This document shows, in pieces, positions 39,091 through 47,967 of a stretch of 64,000 bases of DNA; the stretch's first letter is position 1, and each line of letters begins with the position of its first letter. The notes below the pieces were generated by a model that saw only the letters and a program-made list of their open reading frames with translations, was not told the DNA's origin and made no database searches. The stretch spans positions 1,024,001 through 1,088,000 of the forward strand of contig OZ246001.1 in the NCBI GenBank assembly GCA_965230295.1, written 5' to 3'. The DNA is from Marinicella sp. Lineage in GTDB: Bacteria > Pseudomonadota > Gammaproteobacteria > Xanthomonadales > Marinicellaceae. Made by a program: the position numbers and the translations under genes.

Positions 39091-40452
39091 TCAATTGATC
39101 AGCAACCAGGTTCCAAAGGCCAAGAAAGACACATAACCGACAATGTCAGTGACCGTGGTCAGGACCACACCACCTGCAATGGCTGGATCAATACTCATGC
39201 GTCTGAGAATTACGGGAATCACCACACCTGCCAAAGCGCCAGCCACCAGGTTCACTGCCAAAGCCATCGCAATCACAATACTGATGTCCCAATTCTTGAA
39301 CCACAAAGCCGTCAACCCGGCCAATACAGCCGCCCACAGAAAACTGTTGATCACCCCAATCATGAACTCTCGACTGAGTAAATCTTTGATGTTACCACTG
39401 CCCACTTGGCCGGTGGCCATACCACGAATCATCAGGGTCAGGGTTTGTGATCCGGCGATGCCACCCATGGACGCCACCACTGGCATCAATATGGCCAATG
39501 CCGTTACTTGTTGTAAAGTGTCCTCGAAAAAGCCAATCGCAAAGGCCGCCAATAACACAGTCAGTAAATTAATACCTAACCAAATGGCTCGGCGTTTTGA
39601 TGATGTCAGAATGGGTGCAAACATGTCACCTTCTTCATTCAATCCAGCCATACGCATCACCGAACGCTCGGCTTCGTCCCTGATCACATCAACGATGTCA
39701 TCAATGGTGATGCGTCCAATCAAAATGTTCTTGTCATCGACCACAGGTGCTGAAATCCAGTCATTGTGTTCAAAGTCCTGTGCCACTTCACTGGCTGGTG
39801 TTTTATCCAGGATCGCAGGAGCGTCTTCATCTATGATGTCTTTGATCGGTGTTTTTGGATCGCTGGTGAGCATCAGTTCCAAAGGTACACGCCCTTTGTA
39901 ATGACCTTTACGACCCACCACAAACAAATCGCCAATCGGTTCCGGGATGGCATCACGAAATTGCATGTAACGCATCACCACTTCAATACTGACATCTGAA
40001 CGAACCGTCAGCACATCGGGATTCATTAAACCACCAGCAGAATCCTCATCATAAGACAGCACACGCTTGAGCAATTCCCTGGAAGCTTTGTCCATCGATA
40101 ACACGAGTTGGTTGGATGCTTCTTCAGGTAAATCGACAATGATGTCAGCCATGTCGTCAAGATCAAGGTCTCGAGTGGCCTCCACCAGCTGTTCAGTATC
40201 CATACTTTCGATCAGGTTGTCACGAACCTCATCATGCAGTGAAACCAAGACTTCACCTTGGGTGGCTTCATCAACCAATTCCCACACCGCTCGTCGCTTG
40301 TCTCCTGGTAGGGATTCCAAGAACAAAGCCACCTCTGCACCCGGGATGCCATTAACAATGCGCGACACGGCATTCATGCGCTCGTCATTCAAAGCGTCAG
40401 TCAGTGCCGAGATGTCTTTTTCTGTGGCTTCATTGGGTACTGATTCAACCAT
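39091..40452 (-). CDS. mgtE: Magnesium transporter MgtE
   Basis: YDEDSAGGLM, CBS pair, GRITIDD, MGGIAGSQ, DPAIAGGVVLTTVTD. Confidence 0.95.
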   Translation of the reverse strand: MVESVPNEATEKDISALTDALNDERMNAVSRIVNGIPGAEVALFLESLPGDKRRAVWELVDEATQGEVLVSLHDEVRDNLIESMDTEQLVEATRDLDLDDMADIIVDLPEEASNQLVLSMDKASRELLKRVLSYDEDSAGGLMNPDVLTVRSDVSIEVVMRYMQFRDAIPEPIGDLFVVGRKGHYKGRVPLELMLTSDPKTPIKDIIDEDAPAILDKTPASEVAQDFEHNDWISAPVVDDKNILIGRITIDDIVDVIRDEAERSVMRMAGLNEEGDMFAPILTSSKRRAIWLGINLLTVLLAAFAIGFFEDTLQQVTALAILMPVVASMGGIAGSQTLTLMIRGMATGQVGSGNIKDLLSREFMIGVINSFLWAAVLAGLTALWFKNWDISIVIAMALAVNLVAGALAGVVIPVILRRMSIDPAIAGGVVLTTVTDIVGYVSFLAFGTWLLIN

Positions 40453-40570
40453 GTGAAATCCTGATTACCATTCGGAGTTAACAAAAATCTGATTTTATTG
40501 TAAAGGAATGCGGCAGCTTAAGTAAAACGAATACCCAAACTTTAGAGAAATTTTACCTTATTTTTATATG

Positions 40571-42277
40571 TTATTGATTTTTTTGCAGTAATTGGATCAC
40601 TTCATCGCGTTGAGTCAGGGATAAAATCAGTAACACATCACCACTTCTGGCCCAATCCAAGGCCTTCTTGGTTCCTTCCAAAGGCGAATCTGCCTGAATG
40701 ATCTGACTCTTTTTCATGCCCAGTTCAAGTGCAAACTGTTCAATCAATACCGGTACTTCACCGGGTTTTCTGCCACGCAGGTAATCTCTCAACTCACAAA
40801 TCACCAGGCAATCAGGATCTGCCATCAGGCCAGATTTCACCAAGCCTTTGATCAAGGCATCATCACGGTCACCAGCTTGGCCAATGAGCAACAACCTCCT
40901 GTTGGCCGGCATGTTTTTTAAAGTGGTCGCCATGGCTGCCAAACCGTGCTCATTATGAGCAAAATCAACCAGCACCTTGAAATCATTGTAAGTGAATAAA
41001 TTACCACGGCCAGGATTGTTTTCAGGACTGGAAGCGAATGTCTTCAAACCGGATTGGATCACTCCAACCTCAATGCCCATGGCAAACATCATAGCCACCA
41101 CCGCCAGTGCATTGTGAACGTTGTGTTTGGCTGCCCCTGACATGGTGATCGGAATGTCTTCCACCGCAATGATCTTAATGGTCGGCTGATCAGCGGCTGG
41201 GTCATGATAATGAATCACTCCATCCTCCACATAAGTGGCTTTACCACCCTTGGAAATATGCTGCAGAACCACTGGGTTGTCGACATCCCAACTGAACCAA
41301 ACCAGTTGGTTGGGCAGCGTCGCTGCCATTTTGACCACCCCTTGATCATCGGCATTCAAGATTAAATCCTGATGGTTATTCAATGCTTGTCGCACCACAA
41401 ATTTGGCTTCGATCATGTCATCGACCGTGTCTATACCATAATCCCCTAAGTGGTCAGCTGCCACATTGGTGATGGCAGCGCACAGGGCTTGATTCACACC
41501 CAGGCCACGTCTGAGCATCCCGCCACGAGCCACTTCCAACAATGCCATTTCTGTCTCAGGGTGACGTAACAGAGTCCTGGCACCACCTGGACCAGAGTAA
41601 TCACCAGTGTCTAATATCTGTTCATCAATGCGGATGTAATCAGTCGATGTGATGCCACACTTGATACCAGCAGTTTTGATCACGTGGGCTGCCAATCGAA
41701 CTGTTGTTGATTTGCCGTTGGTGCCAGTGACCAAAGCCAATGGCACTGAAGCGATGCTTGTCCAGTCGATGTGACTGGCATCAGGAATGTTGTTGACAGG
41801 GAACACTTGGCAACCTGCACCATAGCCAATGGAAACATGGTCATCGTCACTGAGAAAACGCACATCATGGGTTTTGGCGGCTGCTTGCAAAGCCAATAAA
41901 GCTGGATTGGCCTCTTCTTTCACCATCACAAGCAGTTTTTCAACTTGCGGCTCCAAGGGTTCCTGAGGTTCATTGTTGAAATGATTGACCGTGCGTTGCC
42001 AGGCCACTTCATTCACTTCTGTGGCGGCGTACAAAACATCAATCGGTGCGGTAAATCCTAAAGAGGCTCCAGCTGCATACTGACGATGAAAGTCACGTTC
42101 CGACTGCCATCCAAGCAATGTAAGTAACCTTCTTAATTCTTGTTGCCAACAGTTAATTACGGTTTGTTTGTCAAAACCATCGATCAAAACATCGATGATG
42201 GCTCCCGCATCCGGGCCAAACATATTAGGCCCCGTTAATCGCCTGGAATCTTCCAGCAGCAGTTGTTGTTCAGTCAT
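40571..42277 (-). CDS. CphA-related Mur-ligase family protein lacking the ATP-grasp domain
   Basis: N-terminal SRRLTGPN (cf. CphA YVGPN); SIGYG linker (cf. QFGHG) joined almost directly to VTGTNGKSTT, LEVARGG, NVAADHLG, LNADD, PGR, DFAHN, AGDR; 8-nt overlap with cphA. Confidence 0.85.
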   Translation of the reverse strand: MTEQQLLLEDSRRLTGPNMFGPDAGAIIDVLIDGFDKQTVINCWQQELRRLLTLLGWQSERDFHRQYAAGASLGFTAPIDVLYAATEVNEVAWQRTVNHFNNEPQEPLEPQVEKLLVMVKEEANPALLALQAAAKTHDVRFLSDDDHVSIGYGAGCQVFPVNNIPDASHIDWTSIASVPLALVTGTNGKSTTVRLAAHVIKTAGIKCGITSTDYIRIDEQILDTGDYSGPGGARTLLRHPETEMALLEVARGGMLRRGLGVNQALCAAITNVAADHLGDYGIDTVDDMIEAKFVVRQALNNHQDLILNADDQGVVKMAATLPNQLVWFSWDVDNPVVLQHISKGGKATYVEDGVIHYHDPAADQPTIKIIAVEDIPITMSGAAKHNVHNALAVVAMMFAMGIEVGVIQSGLKTFASSPENNPGRGNLFTYNDFKVLVDFAHNEHGLAAMATTLKNMPANRRLLLIGQAGDRDDALIKGLVKSGLMADPDCLVICELRDYLRGRKPGEVPVLIEQFALELGMKKSQIIQADSPLEGTKKALDWARSGDVLLILSLTQRDEVIQLLQKNQ

Positions 42278-45071
42278 TGTCTTCTTGTCTGGCCAAACGC
42301 ACACCACGATCGTCCTTGATCACTTCAAAATCACCCATATCCAAATCCTGTTTAGTCTGAATCACATTGGAAACCACAGGGCCAGTGCTTGAACTGGTCT
42401 GACTTTCAAAGTCCGCATTGAAGTTGATGATTTGTTTCCAACATCGGGTGATGTCATCGCCGAATATCAGCAACAAATCACCTTCTCGGGCCATTTTCAA
42501 GGCGGCGTCAACCGCTTCGGTTTCATCAGCAATGACTTCAATTTGGTTGTCCTGAACACCTTTTTCCATCAACTGTTTGCGCAACATCAAGGGCACTTCT
42601 TTTTGATCCCTGCCACGGCGGTTGTCATCGGCTTTTAAAATGTAATGGTCAAAATGTCCCGCTGCCTCATCAGCGATGGCAAAAATGTCTTCATCTCGGC
42701 GGTCTCCCGGCGCAGCCAAGGTACATATCTTGCGGCCACTGATCTCAAAGCGATCAATGGTTTGACACACCATACTGATGGCTGCGGCATTGTGTCCATA
42801 ATCAAGAATCACCTTAAAGGGGTGCTCGTCATATTGATTCATGCGACCTGGTGCCTGGAAGAAAGAAGTATCAAAAGTGCGCAAGCCGTGTCTGATTTGT
42901 TCCAGCTCAATGTCCATCGCAAAAGACATCGCACTGGCAAACATGGCATTTTGTACATTATGAACCGCTTTGCCTTCAATGGTGGCCGGAATCAAGTGGG
43001 TCCACAGCAAAGGAATGTGGCTGTGGTTGTCATAAATGGTGATCATGTCTCCATTGATGCCTTGCTCTAACACCACTGCGGTGCCACCTTGTTTGATGTG
43101 CTCTTTGACCAAATTATGTCCCGGATTCATGGTCACATAACACAATTTTTTGGCCTGGGTGTAATCGGCCATTTGTAAACAAAAAGGGTCATCGGCATTC
43201 AGCACGGCCGTGTCCTCGGCCACTTCAACCACCACACGTTTGATTTCTGCCAATTGCTCCAGGGTATCGATGCCTTTCAAACCCAAATGATCTGAATCGA
43301 TGTTCAAACATGCCGAAACATTGGCGTAGTTATAACCCAAACCTGCCCGCAAGATACCACCTCGGGCCGTTTCCATCACCGCCACATCAACCGTAGGATC
43401 ACGCAGCACAATGTTGGCGGCCATGGGACCTGTCATGTCACCTTTGACCGACAAATGGCCATCAATATAGACCCCATCGGTTGAAGTTGAGCCGACGGTG
43501 TGACCTGCAATTTTTAAAATATGTGACAGCATCCTGGAAGTGGTGGTCTTGCCGTTGGTTCCGGTGATTGCCGCAATCGGTATGCGGCTGGGTGTACTGG
43601 GTGGGAACAACATGTCCATCACTTTTCCAGCCACATCTCGTGGTTGTCCTTCTGACGGCGCCACGTGCATGCGAAAACCGGGTGCAGCATTGACTTCAAC
43701 AATGGCGCCACCGATTTCTTTGTAAGATTGGCTGATGTCCTGGGTCAAGAAATCCACTCCACCCACATCCAATCCGACTGCCATCACGGCACGTACCGCC
43801 ATGGCACGGTTATCAGGATGCACTTCATCGGTTAAATCTATCGCAGTACCGCCGGTTGACAAATTGGCTGTTGAACGCAGAAAGAAGACCTGATCTTTGT
43901 CGAGCACCGAATCAGTGGTATAACCTGCTGCATCCATCAACTTCTCAGCTTGTCGATCCAATTCCAACATGGTCAAAACTTTTTCGTGACCCACACCACG
44001 TCTGGGGTCTTGGTTCACCACTTCAACCAATTCAGCAATGGTGCTTTTCCCATCACCGACAACATGGCCTGGAACGCGTTTAGCAACCGCCACCAATTCG
44101 CCATTGACCACCAACATGCGGTGATCAAAGCCCAAGATCAATGACTCAATCAATACACCTCTTGAAGTGCCTTTTTCACGGGCAAAACGAAACGCCGCCT
44201 CCACTTCTTCATCGGTGCTGATGTCAATGGTGATACCCCGGCCGTGGTTGGCATTCAGAGGCTTGACCACCACTGGATAACCCATGCGTTTGGCAGCCCG
44301 CACCGCCTGCCGTTCAGAATAAACCAAATCCTGACTGGGTAATGGCAAGCCCAAATCACGCAGTAAATTATGGGTGTCTTCTTTGTCACAAGAAATTTCC
44401 ACGGCTATGTTGGTGGTCTTACTGGTGATGGTGGCCTGAATCCTTTGTTGGTATTTACCATGACCAAATTGCACCAATGAGTATTCATTCAATCGCAACC
44501 AAGGTATATTGCGTTCTTCTGCAGCACGCACGATGGAAGCGGTGGATGGACCCAGCTCTTTGCGTTGGGCAAAGCGGATGAAATCAGTCAACTCTTCGTT
44601 GAAATCAAAATCATCTTCAATGAAGTCTTTCAGTTGGGCCTGTACTTCTGCCGGCATCAAGCTGAACAACAGCTGTCGACCCAACTTGGCAGCAGCCAGT
44701 CCCACATCTCGTTGTTTGTATTCGAAAACCATGTTGTAACACCCAGGTTGACCTTCAATGGAACGGGTTTTGCCAAATGTGACGTCAGAGCCTGCCATGC
44801 ACTGCAGTTCGATCACCGTGTGCTCTAACACATGACCCATCCAAGTGCCTTCGTCTTCTTTCAAGCGCCGAATGAACCCACCTGGTTCGCCATAGGAACA
44901 GCCATGTTCTTGCAAACCCGGTAAGGCTACCAGGTAGTTATTGATGAAATCTTCACCCAGTTTTGCCGACGGCCACTGCTCCAATATCCCCAAATCCAAT
45001 TGCTGTCTGATGACTGGAAAGTGAGCGTACAAATTTGGCCCGACATAAACATTGGTGGTTAATATTCTCAT
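42270..45071 (-). CDS. cphA: Cyanophycin synthetase
   Basis: N-domain C...HVLEH; ATP-grasp (VVKPLNANHGRG, EVNAAPGFRMH); Mur domain (ITGTNGKTTT, ETARGG, DYGHN, PGDRRD); 933 aa. Confidence 0.96.
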   Translation of the reverse strand: MRILTTNVYVGPNLYAHFPVIRQQLDLGILEQWPSAKLGEDFINNYLVALPGLQEHGCSYGEPGGFIRRLKEDEGTWMGHVLEHTVIELQCMAGSDVTFGKTRSIEGQPGCYNMVFEYKQRDVGLAAAKLGRQLLFSLMPAEVQAQLKDFIEDDFDFNEELTDFIRFAQRKELGPSTASIVRAAEERNIPWLRLNEYSLVQFGHGKYQQRIQATITSKTTNIAVEISCDKEDTHNLLRDLGLPLPSQDLVYSERQAVRAAKRMGYPVVVKPLNANHGRGITIDISTDEEVEAAFRFAREKGTSRGVLIESLILGFDHRMLVVNGELVAVAKRVPGHVVGDGKSTIAELVEVVNQDPRRGVGHEKVLTMLELDRQAEKLMDAAGYTTDSVLDKDQVFFLRSTANLSTGGTAIDLTDEVHPDNRAMAVRAVMAVGLDVGGVDFLTQDISQSYKEIGGAIVEVNAAPGFRMHVAPSEGQPRDVAGKVMDMLFPPSTPSRIPIAAITGTNGKTTTSRMLSHILKIAGHTVGSTSTDGVYIDGHLSVKGDMTGPMAANIVLRDPTVDVAVMETARGGILRAGLGYNYANVSACLNIDSDHLGLKGIDTLEQLAEIKRVVVEVAEDTAVLNADDPFCLQMADYTQAKKLCYVTMNPGHNLVKEHIKQGGTAVVLEQGINGDMITIYDNHSHIPLLWTHLIPATIEGKAVHNVQNAMFASAMSFAMDIELEQIRHGLRTFDTSFFQAPGRMNQYDEHPFKVILDYGHNAAAISMVCQTIDRFEISGRKICTLAAPGDRRDEDIFAIADEAAGHFDHYILKADDNRRGRDQKEVPLMLRKQLMEKGVQDNQIEVIADETEAVDAALKMAREGDLLLIFGDDITRCWKQIINFNADFESQTSSSTGPVVSNVIQTKQDLDMGDFEVIKDDRGVRLARQEDND

Positions 45072-45201
45072 GATTTCCTCTATTAGTTATTCTTATTTAT
45101 ATGACTTGCACACGGTCACTGCCACAAGCCCAACCGGAATGGTTATTTATATCACAAATTGAATGTTTTGCTAAGTAGGCTATACAGCACAATGCAAAGA
45201 T

Positions 45202-46014
45202 TTATTCGAAAGCTTCTCGCGTATCAATGTTATACCTGGCACCGGTGGCCAATACATGTAGTTTCATTCCAATCAAGGTGATGCAGTCACGGTGCCTGGC
45301 ATCATGCATGGAAGAGTGTGACAGTTCTGCAGGATCCACCACAGTGATGGCACCCGAACCCACCACCTCAAAAACACCATCCGGACCAATGAAAGCTGCG
45401 GTGTCTTCATCTATACCAATGCCTGAAACAAACGGGTTGTATGACAACGCGGTCATCAAGCGGCCGATGCGGTCTCTTTGCCTGAAATGTTGATCGATGA
45501 TCACTTTGTTGGTCAATCCCAGCCCCGGAGCCATGGTGGCACCGTCTTCTGTCGGCGTAGGCCCGGTACGCCCGCCGGCGATCATGTGTTCTGACATGAT
45601 CGCAGCTCCGGCCGAAGTACCGGCCACATGCACCCCAGCAGCATTCATAGAGCGAATCATTTTGGCCACAGGTGTGCCACCCAAAATGGTCGACAAGCGT
45701 AACTGATTACCGCCTGTGATAAAAATACCCGTGGCTTTTGATAAAGAATCCTGGATTTCTTCTTTGAAACAATCTTCTCTTTCATCCACAGCAATGAATT
45801 TAGACTTGGCTCCCATGTTTTCAAAGATTTCAACATATCGGGGACCAGTGTCTTCGAGTTCCGAAGCGGTTGGTATCACCAGAATTTTGCCATCTGCTCC
45901 TCCTGACAGTTGACAAAATTTTTCTAAAATTATCGGTTCGTTGACTTTTTCTTCAGCACCACCGATGGGTATAACAAAACCGCGTTCGACTTGATCAATA
46001 TTGGGTGAGGGCAT
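45202..46014 (-). CDS. cphB: Cyanophycinase (peptidase S51)
   Basis: IGGAEEK, PTAS, TGGNQ, GTSAGA, DQHF, GIDEDT; immediately upstream of cphA. Confidence 0.95.
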   Translation of the reverse strand: MPSPNIDQVERGFVIPIGGAEEKVNEPIILEKFCQLSGGADGKILVIPTASELEDTGPRYVEIFENMGAKSKFIAVDEREDCFKEEIQDSLSKATGIFITGGNQLRLSTILGGTPVAKMIRSMNAAGVHVAGTSAGAAIMSEHMIAGGRTGPTPTEDGATMAPGLGLTNKVIIDQHFRQRDRIGRLMTALSYNPFVSGIGIDEDTAAFIGPDGVFEVVGSGAITVVDPAELSHSSMHDARHRDCITLIGMKLHVLATGARYNIDTREAFE

Positions 46015-46023
46015 AATGATTCC

Positions 46024-47196
46024 TTAATTATTGTTGTGTTCGAATCCACCAAATATCAAAGTTTGGTGATCTTTTTGATGCCATTGGCCCATGGCCATGA
46101 CGTCTTGTATGTTGTGCTGTTGATCCAGAACCACCAAGTCAGCATCAAACCCGACTTCGATTTGACCTTTGCTTTTGAGACGCAACAGTTCTGCCACATT
46201 TTGAGTGAACGCTGGCAACACTTGATGCGCTGGCAGACCCTCAGCCAACAAAGTTTGTAAGGTCTGGCTCAAGGCTTCACAGCGACCAATATCCATGTGC
46301 AACATTTCACCTTGCTCGTTGAAATGTGGCAAACAGCCACCACCATCAGATGAAATGGTGAATCGGTCCATAGGACAACCAGCTGCTTGGAACAACTTGA
46401 AAGCATCTGCTGCAGTCCAGGCATCTTCATCATCAGCCACTGGGAAAGCGGTGACATCAATGTAACTACCTCGGCGGCTCAGTTCGCAAGCTTGTTCAAA
46501 CAGGGCTTTGTTGCGGTTACAGTGGGTTGGGTTCAACACCCTGGCAGGAATTTCAGTTTGATCCAATAATGCATTGATCAAATCCAATCCTCGACGGCCA
46601 TCACCCAAATGAAAATGAACCACCCCAGCTTTGCGGGTCATCAAACCTGCCACATGGGCATCGCCGGCTATCCGTGCCACTTCATCGAAAGTGGGCTGGC
46701 TGGAACGGTGATCCGAGATGGCCAATTCGCCCACGCCCAAGATGGGTTCAATGTGAACAATGTCACTCTTGGCTGAACCCGTTAAGGTGGTCAATGGCAC
46801 ATGATATCCTCCGGTATAACAGAAGGCACTGATGCCGGCTTCTCGCAACGCATAGACTTGTGCCAACAAAGAAGACGTGCTGCGGGTTAAGTCATCGGTT
46901 CCCAACAAGCCCACCACTGTGGTCACACCAGCACGGGTGTAGTCACTCAAATGAACGGCTGGCACTTTACTGGCAAACCCATCTTCCCCGCCTCCACCAG
47001 TGATGTGGGCATGCCCATCAATCAAACCCGGAATCAAACGAGCGCCTTGATAGTCGGTATCTGTGGCCAATAAGTCTGCAGCAATTTCTGGCAAGCTTGG
47101 ACCCATGTAAACAACCTTTCCAGCCGCAACCAACACATGACAGACACCTAAATCTGCCGGTGCATATACGTGAACATTTCTTAATAAATGGATCAT
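46024..47196 (-). CDS. iadA: Isoaspartyl dipeptidase (beta-aspartyl peptidase)
   Basis: DGHAHITGGGGEDG, GLLGTD, GELAISDHRSSQPT, HLGDG, PTH, SSDG. Confidence 0.94.
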   Translation of the reverse strand: MIHLLRNVHVYAPADLGVCHVLVAAGKVVYMGPSLPEIAADLLATDTDYQGARLIPGLIDGHAHITGGGGEDGFASKVPAVHLSDYTRAGVTTVVGLLGTDDLTRSTSSLLAQVYALREAGISAFCYTGGYHVPLTTLTGSAKSDIVHIEPILGVGELAISDHRSSQPTFDEVARIAGDAHVAGLMTRKAGVVHFHLGDGRRGLDLINALLDQTEIPARVLNPTHCNRNKALFEQACELSRRGSYIDVTAFPVADDEDAWTAADAFKLFQAAGCPMDRFTISSDGGGCLPHFNEQGEMLHMDIGRCEALSQTLQTLLAEGLPAHQVLPAFTQNVAELLRLKSKGQIEVGFDADLVVLDQQHNIQDVMAMGQWHQKDHQTLIFGGFEHNNN

Positions 47197-47366
47197 CCGA
47201 ACTCTAAAACATCATTCTAAACAGGTCGACGAAACACCTGCAAATCATGCCATACATGGCCAAACGGGGTATGGTAACCGATTGTTCATATATTGACCAC
47301 CATTCCACCCATTTTTCAGTGCTCGCTGCAGTTGTTTATCAAGGCTGTAGGGCACATACTTGAAAC

Positions 47367-47894
47367 ATGTATAATCAAATTCATTGGATCGATACCTCAG
47401 ATGAATCAATGACTTTAAAAGCCCAACTTGAATTTGCCCAATTTAAGGACAATGATTTACCTCAAATCATGCCCATTGAAAATCAAATTTACCCCAACCC
47501 TTGGTCTGAAAAAGTCATGAGAGACTGCATCAAGGCAGGTTACCAATGCATCAAGGGCATTGATCCCAGGCAAACTGATGACATCATGTGCTATGCAGTG
47601 ATGATGGTTGGTTATCAAGAAACCAATTTACTGAACATTGGCGTCAATCCGGCATTCAAGAAAATGGGTTTGGGCAGCCAGTTATTACATCGTTTGTTGT
47701 TAATCAGTCGGATCAACCACGCCAAACAAATGTGGCTTGAAGTACGCGCCAGTAATCAAGCTGCGCTGAACCTGTATCAAAAGTTCGGTTTCAAAGAGGT
47801 GGGCTTGAGAAAGAATTACTACCAATACCAAGACCCAACAGGAAAGAACATCAAAGAACATGCCATTTTGATGTCCAGGAAAGTCATGAAATGA
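47367..47894 (+). CDS. rimI: Ribosomal protein S18 alanine N-acetyltransferase
   Basis: IENQIYPNPWS, LLNIGV, LEVRASN, LYQKFGF, RKNYY, EHAILM; start may be 47409. Confidence 0.9.
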   Translation: MYNQIHWIDTSDESMTLKAQLEFAQFKDNDLPQIMPIENQIYPNPWSEKVMRDCIKAGYQCIKGIDPRQTDDIMCYAVMMVGYQETNLLNIGVNPAFKKMGLGSQLLHRLLLISRINHAKQMWLEVRASNQAALNLYQKFGFKEVGLRKNYYQYQDPTGKNIKEHAILMSRKVMK

Positions 47895-47912
47895 TCAGGG
47901 TTGGATTGATAT

Positions 47913-47943
47913 AAAAAAAGCCCACCTTAAAAGTGGGCTTTTT
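47913..47943. terminator. Bidirectional intrinsic terminator
   Basis: A7-GCCCAC-CTTAAAA-GTGGGC-T5. Confidence 0.88.
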
Positions 47944-47967
47944 ACTGGGATTTCAATCAGTCTGGAT

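Noticed and set aside
39143-39901. 252-aa plus-strand ORF and other long antisense ORFs (e.g. 5253-5876, 59720-60325)
   Set aside because: Antisense shadows of well-supported genes (mgtE, rph/rdgB, DUF1631).
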